Shown here one piece after another: positions 41,027 to 49,523 of a DNA stretch of 64,000 nucleotides. The notes below the pieces were generated by a model, which was not told the origin of the DNA, did not search any database, and saw only the letters and a list, made by a program, of their open reading frames with translations. Both the position numbers and the translations under genes were made by a program. The DNA is taken from NCBI GenBank assembly GCA_035649575.1, contig DASRJH010000085.1, positions 22,970 to 86,969 on the forward strand, given 5' to 3'. Origin of the DNA: Planctomycetota bacterium (lineage in GTDB: Bacteria > Planctomycetota > UBA1135 > UBA2386). Positions within the stretch are counted from its first letter, which is position 1. Each line of letters begins with the position of its first letter.

Positions 41027-41170
41027 GGCTGGCTCCTGCTCGGGAAGTGCTGGGTTGGTTTGGAGGCTGATTTGGGGGTTGGGGATGTACAGGGATCACG
41101 CCCTGACCGGCTTGGGTGCCGGCCGATGCGTTCGCGCGGGGTCGCGCGCGTGAAGGAGTGCGAGTCTGCG

Positions 41171-42700
41171 CTAGCGCAGGTGTCGAGCGCGCAGCTTGCT
41201 GATGGTCGCGGTCGTGCCGGCTTGAGCAACGATGCCGGGCTCGCCCTTTCGCGACTTCGTGGACTTGATGTTGTCGTCGGACCAGGCGATGCCCTCGCCG
41301 GTGACCGTCATCTGGTTGCCGATCGTGGTGATCACGAGGTTGTAGGTCTTGCCATACTCGATCTGGATGAGCGCGTTCTTCGTGCCAAGCGTGAACCCGG
41401 GGACCTCCTTCGTGTCCATCTTGTCGCCGATGCGCGTGTAGAAGACCAGGGTACCCGAGTCGATCTTGACCTCGCACTCGAGCACATAGTCGCGCCACTT
41501 GTCCGCGGGCGTGTAGCTGAGGCCGCCCGACCCGGATTGCTCTCCGGGCGCATTGACCAGCGACAGGCCGGCACCGAACGTGTGCTTGAAGGAGCTCGAA
41601 GGAACGATGGTCCAACCCGAGGTGTCGCCCAGCAGGTTGGTCCACGGCACCTTGTTCTGGTACGCCTCGTCGAACAGCTTCGAGACGATCTGGTTGACCT
41701 CGATGTAGGTCTGCTTCCACATCGGTTCGTAGTAGGCCTGCGCCTCGGCGTTCTTGGTCGGGCCTGGAGCCATCGCCTCGTGCAACATCGTGCGGATCGT
41801 GTCCTCGAGGGGGCCATAGGGAGCCAGCCCCTCTCCGGTGGTCGCCGAGGCGGCGGCGTTCGCGGCAGTGCGCAAGACCTCGATGTACTTTGTGGCCACC
41901 TGCTTGGCCACGTTGTCGAACCTCGCCTTGAGGTCGGCAGGCGCACTCTCTGCCTCCATCGTGAGATCGGTGCCACGCACTTCGGCGAAGTCCCTGGAGA
42001 GGTTGTCGATGGTCGGACTCGATGCGAGGTGCGCCTCGAAGCCCGCCAACTTCTCTTTCAGGTTGCGGGTCTTGATGAGGGTTGCCAGTGCCGAGCTGAG
42101 CTTGTCGCCTATCGTCTTCACTTCTTCCTGGATGCGTGAGCCCTTCCAGAGCTTGCTTTGCGCAGCGATCTTCTCTCTTGCGCTCTTGATCGAGTCCTCG
42201 TTGTTGAGGTCTGCCCGCTTGATGCTGTTCAGGAACTCGTCCAGCGACTGTTCGTACTTTTGCTGTTCATTGGCGCGCGTGTCGTGCGTGTTCATCACGA
42301 ACATCAGCACGATGCCGGTGATCAGCGTGAGGCCGCCGGTGACGAGCCACCCGATCTTGGCCATGCGCTTTGCATCCGCCTCGCGCACCTTCCTCGGATC
42401 GACTTCGTGGTGGGGGGCTGTGGGATCATGGCGCGACGGCGCTTGCGTGATGCGCCCCGACTCTGTCACGCGGGAACTCGCCGCCGAGCGTGTGACCGTA
42501 CTCGGGCGCGCGGCGCCGACGGCCTGCGAGACTGGCGCGGGGCGTGCGGGCGGTGGAGCGGCCCCTGCCGCCTTCGCGGCTTTGGCCTTGGCCCGGCGGT
42601 CGGCTGCGCACTTCGCGCAGAGGATCTTCGATGAAGTGACTACTTCTGGCATCTCGAACTTGATGCCGCAGTTTTCACAGATGGACATAGCGTCGGACAT
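41171..42700 (-). CDS. Zn-ribbon + TM + coiled-coil + beta-sandwich protein
   Basis: CENC...CAKC, Ala/Pro linker, one TM, helical stalk, and a C-terminal beta-rich domain (WRDYVLECEVKIDSG). Confidence 0.8.
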   Translation of the reverse strand: MSDAMSICENCGIKFEMPEVVTSSKILCAKCAADRRAKAKAAKAAGAAPPPARPAPVSQAVGAARPSTVTRSAASSRVTESGRITQAPSRHDPTAPHHEVDPRKVREADAKRMAKIGWLVTGGLTLITGIVLMFVMNTHDTRANEQQKYEQSLDEFLNSIKRADLNNEDSIKSAREKIAAQSKLWKGSRIQEEVKTIGDKLSSALATLIKTRNLKEKLAGFEAHLASSPTIDNLSRDFAEVRGTDLTMEAESAPADLKARFDNVAKQVATKYIEVLRTAANAAASATTGEGLAPYGPLEDTIRTMLHEAMAPGPTKNAEAQAYYEPMWKQTYIEVNQIVSKLFDEAYQNKVPWTNLLGDTSGWTIVPSSSFKHTFGAGLSLVNAPGEQSGSGGLSYTPADKWRDYVLECEVKIDSGTLVFYTRIGDKMDTKEVPGFTLGTKNALIQIEYGKTYNLVITTIGNQMTVTGEGIAWSDDNIKSTKSRKGEPGIVAQAGTTATISKLRARHLR

Positions 42701-43581
42701 CAGTGTTGGCCCTCGGAGGAAGGTTGGGATGTATGCGAATGCAGGTGGGGGGCGCGCCACTGGACCGTGGGACGACGGGCGCGCGCGGAGACGACGCGAA
42801 TGACTCCAAAGGCGACCATCGCCGAAAGGGCAAGGACCAGGATGAGACTGGCAGGGTCCATGGAGCCGAACGCCGAGTGTGGCTCTTCGGGCGCGAGGCG
42901 GAGTTCGCGTGCGATCAGATACGGGATCTTGAGGACATTCCCGTTCTGCGCTTTGTAGCTGACGAGCCGGTAGAAGTGTGCGACGACCTCGACCGTGTCT
43001 CGCTGTATGGTCAAGGCCGGTGGCCGATCGACGACGTCGACGACGACGCCGTCGGTGCCGTCGTAGTCGGCCAGGAAGGTGTGCCACATGGCGTCGACCT
43101 GGAACACCGGATTGTCGAGTTTCTCCGCCCAATAACCCGCGACGAGGCCGCGCAACTTGACGACTTCACCGCGCTGCAAGTCGGGTGCTCGCATCGCGAG
43201 CTCGCGGTTGAAGAGCGGTGGATTCTCGACGACGTCGCCGGGCCGGACGTGGTCGATCAGCATCTGGATCAGGCGCCGGTAGCCCGGTGTCTGTGCGAAG
43301 CCGGCACCGTCGGCCGGGTCGAGGTAGGCACCACCCACGAGGGTGGCCAGCTTCTTGCGCTTGCCCTCGAGCACGGCCTCGTCCACGGGCTCCTGGAACA
43401 CCTTCTCGATCGCGCGCGGCACCTTGCCGCGGAAGGTGACCATGAAGAACAGCATCACGAGCAGCAGCAGCGCGAGCCCGTAGATGCGGCCGGCACTGCC
43501 CGCGAAGCCAGCGCCGCCGGAGAGTCCGGCGGTCACGAAGCTCGCGAAGGGGCGGCTGCGCCTGGGAGGCCGGCGGACCAT
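42700..43581 (-). CDS. hypothetical membrane protein with two TM anchors and a beta-rich (possibly OB-fold) periplasmic domain
   Basis: TMs near both termini; RGEVVKLRGLV...DTVEVVAHFYRL pattern; TGATG overlap with the next gene. Confidence 0.72.
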   Translation of the reverse strand: MVRRPPRRSRPFASFVTAGLSGGAGFAGSAGRIYGLALLLLVMLFFMVTFRGKVPRAIEKVFQEPVDEAVLEGKRKKLATLVGGAYLDPADGAGFAQTPGYRRLIQMLIDHVRPGDVVENPPLFNRELAMRAPDLQRGEVVKLRGLVAGYWAEKLDNPVFQVDAMWHTFLADYDGTDGVVVDVVDRPPALTIQRDTVEVVAHFYRLVSYKAQNGNVLKIPYLIARELRLAPEEPHSAFGSMDPASLILVLALSAMVAFGVIRVVSARARRPTVQWRAPHLHSHTSQPSSEGQH

Positions 43582-43585
43582 CGGC

Positions 43586-44053
43586 TCACTTCTTTGCTTC
43601 GTAGTCCTTGCCCGCGGCGAACTCGATCTTCTCGATCTTCTCGCGCTTGGCCAGGTTGACCACGCGCACCACCTCGCGCCAGGGCACCAGCTCGGCTGCG
43701 TCGATGATCGCGGGAGTCTGCGGCTTGCCCAGACGCACCCAGCCGGCATAGCTCTCCTTGATCAGTTCCTGCAGTTGGGTGTCGTCCTTCACGACCGTGG
43801 AGCCGAACTTGCGGGTCGTGGTCCTTTCCGCTTCGTTCCAGAACAAGGCGACGCGGATCTCTTCGATCGGCGTGTCCATCGTCATCGGCTGACTCTGGCC
43901 CTTGTCCTTGGGCAACCACGACTCGAACTTGCCTTCGAGCTCTTTGAACTTCATGGAGCACATGAAGAACACGCACAGACAGAAGATGATGTCGACCATC
44001 GGGACGACCTGGATGCTGACTGGGTTGTCGCTCGGGTCTTGGCTACCGGCCAT
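43586..44053 (-). CDS. exbD: ExbD/TolR family protein
   Basis: VVPMVDIIFCLCVFFM; C-terminal IIDAAELVPWREVVRVVNLAK. Confidence 0.88.
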   Translation of the reverse strand: MAGSQDPSDNPVSIQVVPMVDIIFCLCVFFMCSMKFKELEGKFESWLPKDKGQSQPMTMDTPIEEIRVALFWNEAERTTTRKFGSTVVKDDTQLQELIKESYAGWVRLGKPQTPAIIDAAELVPWREVVRVVNLAKREKIEKIEFAAGKDYEAKK

Positions 44054-44116
44054 GGTTGGCTCCTACTCGGGATTGCTGGTTTGGGATGAAGGCTGGTTGG
44101 GGATGGGCCGGGGGAC

Positions 44117-44605
44117 TCAGGTCTTGCCGTCCGGTTTGGTGGCGACGACCTCGATTTTGTAGAAGCCGGCCTTCGAGCAAATCTGGATCAACCTCTGGAC
44201 ATGCTTGTAGGGCGCGTCCGCAGCGGCGCGCAGCTGGATGGCCCGCGTCGAGAAGTAGGTTCCAGGCGCATTGCCTTCTTCCGCTTCCCCGGGCTGATGG
44301 GCGAGATTGTGGAGCTCGGTCTTGAGGAGCTCCCAGTCGTGAAAGTGGTGACTGAGGATCACGACGTGCCAGTCGTCCATCGCGCCCTCGCCGACGAGGT
44401 TCACCGTGGTGGTCTCGTAGCCCTCCTTCTTCTTGGCGTCTTCCTTCACCATGTCCGCTTCCGGCAGCTTGATGTCTTCGGTCACACGCTGCGACATGTC
44501 GGCGCTGAGCATGAAGAAGAGCAGCAGGAGGAACATGATGTCGATCATGGGAATGAGGTTGCAGCCCACATTCTCCTCGACATCCATACTCTTGAAGCGG
44601 GACAT
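44117..44605 (-). CDS. exbD: ExbD/TolR family protein (distinct paralog)
   Basis: NLIPMIDIMFLLLLFFM, IKLP and LRAAADAPYKHV. Confidence 0.9.
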   Translation of the reverse strand: MSRFKSMDVEENVGCNLIPMIDIMFLLLLFFMLSADMSQRVTEDIKLPEADMVKEDAKKKEGYETTTVNLVGEGAMDDWHVVILSHHFHDWELLKTELHNLAHQPGEAEEGNAPGTYFSTRAIQLRAAADAPYKHVQRLIQICSKAGFYKIEVVATKPDGKT

Positions 44606-44614
44606 GTTCGGACC

Positions 44615-45355
44615 TCAGCCAGTGGTCGTGTGCTTGTGCGACGTGATCTTGCCGACGAGGCTGCGCAGCATCTCGACTGACTGCAGGTTCACGGACAGGG
44701 TCATCTTCGTGACCTTGTTCTTGAACACGAAGTAGGCCGTCAGGAAGATGATCGCGAGGAAGAGGCCGAGCGTCGTGTTGACGAGCGACTCGTAGACGCC
44801 GACCGCGAGGTCCTTGGGCGTCGGTGCCTTGAGCTGCTCGATGACCTGGAACGACGAGATCATGCCGGTCACCGTGCCGAGCAGGCCGAGCAGCGGCGCC
44901 ACGTTGCCGAGCAGCGACAGGTAGCTGATCTTCGTCTGCAGCTTGAACGTCTCCTCGGCGGCGGTCTGCTCGAGCACGCCGATCATCTCTTCGTAACCGG
45001 CGTGACGCATGCGCAGCGCGTTGCCGATCAGGTTGCAGACGTAGCCCTGGTCGTCGTCACAGACCTCGATGGCCTTCTGGTAGTCCTCGGCCTCGATGAG
45101 GGCCTCGAGCTCCTGGATCAGGTCGGGCGGTGCGACCTTGTCGCGCCGGATGCTCGTGCAGTGCTCGATCACCAAGGCGGTGCCCACGATCGAAGTCAGG
45201 AGCAGCAGGTAGCCGACTGTTCCCGTGGACTCGAACAACTCGAGCCAGGACTTACCGTGGTGGGGTTGGGCCGCCGGCTCCTGCGCGATCAACAAACCGC
45301 TGCAGATGGTCAGGGCGACGGCGACGAACGTGAGTTTTCGGATGCTGGGACTCAT
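44615..45355 (-). CDS. exbB: MotA/TolQ/ExbB proton channel protein
   Basis: APLLGLLGTVTGMISSF and GVYESLVNTTLGL; N-terminal signal ending LIA|Q. Confidence 0.92.
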   Translation of the reverse strand: MSPSIRKLTFVAVALTICSGLLIAQEPAAQPHHGKSWLELFESTGTVGYLLLLTSIVGTALVIEHCTSIRRDKVAPPDLIQELEALIEAEDYQKAIEVCDDDQGYVCNLIGNALRMRHAGYEEMIGVLEQTAAEETFKLQTKISYLSLLGNVAPLLGLLGTVTGMISSFQVIEQLKAPTPKDLAVGVYESLVNTTLGLFLAIIFLTAYFVFKNKVTKMTLSVNLQSVEMLRSLVGKITSHKHTTTG

Positions 45356-45477
45356 TGGGGATTCCTTGCTGCAAGGCTTTGTTTCGGGGAGAAGCTGCTA
45401 TGGGAACTGAAGGGGGAGGAAGAGGCGGAAGGACGTGAGGAACGGGAAGTGAGTCGGAGGACGCGGATCAGAGGGCG

Positions 45478-46590
45478 TCAGGACTTGAGGTAGATCGAGC
45501 TCGGGAATTCCTTGCGCAGCTGGTCGAGCCGCTGCTTCGCACGCTGCTGGTTCTGCTTCTTGCTGGCGTCGTCGGTCCCCAACTCGGAGAGCTGCTGGAA
45601 GACGCGGCCCGCGCTGGCGAGAGAGCGTTCGTACTCACTGGTGCCTTCGCCAGGTGCCGGGCCGTACTCGACCACGCCGCGCAGATACATCAGCAGCGCG
45701 TTGGTCAGTTGCTCGGCGTTCTTGGCCTTCATGGCGTCCTGGAAGACGATGTCCGCGAGTCCGTTCCAGGCACCGGCCAGCACTTCGTTGCCGACGTCGG
45801 GAAGGTCGATCAGGACGCGGTAGGCGTCCCGGGCCTGCTCCGAACGGCCTTCGGCGTGTTCACAACGGGCCAGGCCGAGCTTCGCCATCGCGGTCCACGA
45901 TGCCGGCGCACCGCGGGCCGCCGCGGCGGCCTGATACTTGACCTTGGCGCCGACGAGGTCCTTCTGCGCTTCCTTGAGGCGGCCGCGGAAGTAGTCGAAC
46001 ACCGCCAGGAACAGCGCATCGACGCCGCCATCGGTGGCTGCCTTCGACAATGCCTCGATGGCGGTCGTGCCGGTGGCCGGGTCGCCGAGGGCTACATAGC
46101 AATCGGTGATCCCTTGCGCCGCGAGCACGATGTAGCGCGACTTCGGGTTCTCCTTGACGAGCTGCTGCAGGGCAGTGGCTGCCTCGGTGAACTTGCCCAT
46201 TCGCTGTTGGGCCTGGGCGAGCTGGAACACGACCAGAGGCTTGAGCTCCTTGCGGAAGCTCGCCGAGCCGGCCAGTCCCTCGAGCCTCGAGACGGCGGCG
46301 GCGTAGTTGCCGTTCGTGAGCTGGTTGACGGCCTGGTGGTATTCGGGGGCGCCGTAGGTCACGTCGGTGATGTCGTCCCACTTCAGCTTTACGTCTTTCT
46401 CTTCCTTCCCCTTCTTCGTCTTGAAGAGCAGGACGTCGTACTCCTCCGCCACGATGCGGCCTTCGTCGACCGTACCGCTGCGGAGTTTGACCTTGTCCTG
46501 GGCGATCACCGGGGACTGGATCATCATGGCAGGAAGGAGCCAAATGCCGGAGGCGATGAGGGGTAGCTTTGTCATGTTGGCGAGCTGCAT
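45478..46590 (-). CDS. exported TPR protein (CpoB/YbgF-like repeats)
   Basis: Signal ending VIA|Q; small beta domain DKVKLRSG; TPR caps ENPKSRY and EFPSSIY. Confidence 0.8.
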   Translation of the reverse strand: MQLANMTKLPLIASGIWLLPAMMIQSPVIAQDKVKLRSGTVDEGRIVAEEYDVLLFKTKKGKEEKDVKLKWDDITDVTYGAPEYHQAVNQLTNGNYAAAVSRLEGLAGSASFRKELKPLVVFQLAQAQQRMGKFTEAATALQQLVKENPKSRYIVLAAQGITDCYVALGDPATGTTAIEALSKAATDGGVDALFLAVFDYFRGRLKEAQKDLVGAKVKYQAAAAARGAPASWTAMAKLGLARCEHAEGRSEQARDAYRVLIDLPDVGNEVLAGAWNGLADIVFQDAMKAKNAEQLTNALLMYLRGVVEYGPAPGEGTSEYERSLASAGRVFQQLSELGTDDASKKQNQQRAKQRLDQLRKEFPSSIYLKS

Positions 46591-46649
46591 GATTTCAGGA
46601 CGGGTCTAGTTCTTCTTCTTCTCGGGGTCTTCAGGGGGCGGCTGGGCCG

Positions 46650-49523
46650 TCATTTTTTCTTCAGGGGAACCTTCAGCGAGATGTCGCTCTTCAACTTCTG
46701 GAACCGCAGCTTGAGTTGGAACTGGTCGCCGTCGAACTCCTGGTTCGTGCGCTCGAGCGAGCTCATCGACACGTCCGCCTCGTCGTAGAGGCCGCGATCG
46801 AAGAGGGTCTGGATCTGGCCATAGCGCGAGAACCACCACTGCTTCGGGTTCTTCTCCTGCGACACGCTGCGGAAGACGCGGTCCAACTTCTCGGAAGCGC
46901 GCGCGCGGCGCGCCTTCTCCTCGCCGGAGGTCGTCGGCATGCGCAGCGCGAAGCCCCATTCGAGGTAGGCGTTCAGCAGTTCGGGGTTCTTCTGCAGTGC
47001 CGCGGGATCGAGCCGTTGGTTGGCGCCGAGAATGTTGTGCTCCTCGAACAACTTCGCGAGCTCGGCTTCGCACTCGTCCCACTTGCGGAGATACCCGAGG
47101 ATGCTCGCGCGGCCGACGCGCGTCTTGGGCGTCGTGGCGTCGTTGTCGGCCAACCGTTTGTAGAGGTCGAGTGCTCCTTGCCACGCCGTCGTGTCCCTGG
47201 CCTTGAAGTCCAGCAACTCGAACCAACCTTCGACCTTGTCGCCGACGTCGTTGGCGATCAGGCCGATCACCCTCAGGCGTTCCGCGATCTGCGCGACCTC
47301 GGCGTTGCTGGCACCCGTGGCGCTGCGCAGGTAGTACTGCGTGGCCTGTTTCCAGGTGCCGAGCGCGCCGAGGCGGTCTTTCTTGCTGGTCTCGACGGCG
47401 CGGTTGTCCAGCGTCGAAGCCAACGACCGGCAGGCGGCGACCAGGTCGCGCGATTCGGGCGCTTTGTCCAGCGCAGCCTGCATCTCGGCGGCGGCAGCTT
47501 CGATCTTGCCCTCCTCGAGCTTGATCCGGATGCGCAGCGCCCAGAGCTTCGGCGCCTGCTTGTCGTCGTCCGACATCGTGATCGGCTTCAGGATCTTCTC
47601 CGCCTCGGCCGGCTTCGCGGTGCCCGAGAGATACAGGTTCGCGAGCGCGATGCGCGCGCCGATCTCGACCTGCTCGATACGCGCCTTCACCTTGCCATCG
47701 GCGACGGTGATCTTGGCGCTCTCGGCATCCTTCAGCACCGACAGGAAGCCATCCATGGCCTTGGCCGTGAACGGCTCCGCTTCCTTCGGCTGGCTGCCGT
47801 TCTCGAGCTTGCGCGCGTGACGCGAGTAGGCGCTCGCGGCGTAGTAGCGCGCATCGAGATACACGACCGAGTCGGAACTGATCTTCTCGTAGACCGCCGC
47901 CGCCTCGAGGTTCTTTCCGGCCCGGTCGAGTTGCTTCCCGCCGAGCAGCAGCAGGTCGCCGACGTGCGAGTCGGTCGGGTAGTCGCGGACCAGCTGCTTG
48001 CTGCGGTCTTCGATGAACCGTTTGAACATCGGCAGCTTGTCCGTCTCGTCGAGCTCGAGGTAGCACTGGATGGCCCGCCAGAGTGCATCGGGTGCCTCCT
48101 CGGACTTCGGGTAACGCCGCACCACGGCGTCGTAGGCGACCGCGGCCTCGTGGAACCAGAGCCGGCTCGCGTTGATCGCACCGGTGATGAACATCGCCTT
48201 CGCGGCAAACTTCATGTCCTCGGGTGTCTTGGCCTGCAACACGGTCTGGCGGCACAGCTGCAAGGCTCGTTCGTACTCGCCCTGGCCGGCCAGCGACTCG
48301 GCCGTGTTCAGGGTCTTCTCGGTGCCGACCGGGCCGCCGCCCGCGATGATGCTGCTGAGAAGCTGCTGGCCGCGGTATCCCCAGCGGCCCTTGGGATCGA
48401 TCTCGATCAGCTTCTGCGCGACGGCAGTCGCCGCATTGTTGTCGCCGAGCATCAGGTGGGCTTCGCCCTGGGCAGCCAGCACGGCCTTGCCCTGCTGCGC
48501 CTCGAGGGCTTGCGGAATCGTGGCGAAGTAGTCCTTGGTGACCTCGAGGATCTTGGCGGGTGCGTTCTGGTCCTTCAGGAACAGCGTCTTCTGCAGCACG
48601 GCCGCGGCAATCACGTCGGCCGCGTTGGGGTCGACCTGGTAGATGTTGGTCTTCTTTTCGTGGTCGAAGCGTTCGCGCAACGCGATCGCGTCGTCGCAGA
48701 GCTCGAGTGCCGTCCCAGGGTCGCCGAGGCGCTGCTGGCACAGCGCCATCATCAGCTTGGCTTCGAAGCCCGCGAGCGTGTCGCCGAACTCGAGGTCGAA
48801 GTCCTCGAGCGTGGACACCGACTCCTCGATCAGGTGCTTCGCGGCAAGGGTTTCCGGGGGGTAAATCAGCGCCTGGTAGTAGCAGATCTTGCCGAGACCA
48901 TAGAACGCCACGAGCAGCGGCACTTCGCTGCCGGGCTTGTCGTCGACGCGCAACGGGGCGTAGGCCTTCTTGCGCTCCTTGAGGTCGGCTTGGGCGGCGG
49001 TGAACCGTTCCGCGGCCGCCTTGCGGATCTCCACCTGCGCGGCGGGATCCTTCTCTTGTGCGAGCGCTTCGGACACGGCGTCGGCGAGCAGGCGGTACTG
49101 TTCGATCAACTCGCCGAGCGCTTCGATCGACGCTTCGCTGCCGGGCGCGGCCGCAGCGAGCAGAGCCGTCTTCTCGTCGATGACCTTGGTCACGAGTTGG
49201 ATCCGCTGCTTCGCGTCGCCTGAATTCACTGCGATCGCGATCAGCAGCTTCATGTGCGACGCCTCGACTGCCTTCTTCTCGGCTTCGGGCAGATTCGACG
49301 CGGCGACGAGCTGTCCGATCTTGTCGGCGTAATCGATGTAGCCGGCCTGCCACAGACCGTTCAGGAACGCGGCATTGTGCTTGCCCAGCACATCCGCGGA
49401 CTGCCCCGGAAGCACAGCTGCGCAGAGCAGCGCGATCGGGGAAACCGTGGTCCGGAGCAGGGATGGCTTACGCGGCGCGGCCGCCGCACGGCGAATGTCA
49501 GCGACCAAACGACACCTTGCCAT
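46650..49523 (-). CDS. large exported TPR/alpha-solenoid protein
   Basis: All-helical, about 950 aa, with TPR caps (RYPKSEEAPDALW, DYPTDSH); start codon uncertain. Confidence 0.8.
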   Translation of the reverse strand: MARCRLVADIRRAAAAPRKPSLLRTTVSPIALLCAAVLPGQSADVLGKHNAAFLNGLWQAGYIDYADKIGQLVAASNLPEAEKKAVEASHMKLLIAIAVNSGDAKQRIQLVTKVIDEKTALLAAAAPGSEASIEALGELIEQYRLLADAVSEALAQEKDPAAQVEIRKAAAERFTAAQADLKERKKAYAPLRVDDKPGSEVPLLVAFYGLGKICYYQALIYPPETLAAKHLIEESVSTLEDFDLEFGDTLAGFEAKLMMALCQQRLGDPGTALELCDDAIALRERFDHEKKTNIYQVDPNAADVIAAAVLQKTLFLKDQNAPAKILEVTKDYFATIPQALEAQQGKAVLAAQGEAHLMLGDNNAATAVAQKLIEIDPKGRWGYRGQQLLSSIIAGGGPVGTEKTLNTAESLAGQGEYERALQLCRQTVLQAKTPEDMKFAAKAMFITGAINASRLWFHEAAVAYDAVVRRYPKSEEAPDALWRAIQCYLELDETDKLPMFKRFIEDRSKQLVRDYPTDSHVGDLLLLGGKQLDRAGKNLEAAAVYEKISSDSVVYLDARYYAASAYSRHARKLENGSQPKEAEPFTAKAMDGFLSVLKDAESAKITVADGKVKARIEQVEIGARIALANLYLSGTAKPAEAEKILKPITMSDDDKQAPKLWALRIRIKLEEGKIEAAAAEMQAALDKAPESRDLVAACRSLASTLDNRAVETSKKDRLGALGTWKQATQYYLRSATGASNAEVAQIAERLRVIGLIANDVGDKVEGWFELLDFKARDTTAWQGALDLYKRLADNDATTPKTRVGRASILGYLRKWDECEAELAKLFEEHNILGANQRLDPAALQKNPELLNAYLEWGFALRMPTTSGEEKARRARASEKLDRVFRSVSQEKNPKQWWFSRYGQIQTLFDRGLYDEADVSMSSLERTNQEFDGDQFQLKLRFQKLKSDISLKVPLKKK

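Larger units (their letters stand above)
39415..41090. repeat. tandem segmental duplication (derived copy of ~41171-44110 with internal deletions)
   Basis: Long DNA identity to 41171-~42410 and ~43550-44110, including the exbD RBS/leader (TCCCGAGyAGGAGCCArCCATGGCCGGTAGCCAAGA). Confidence 0.9.
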
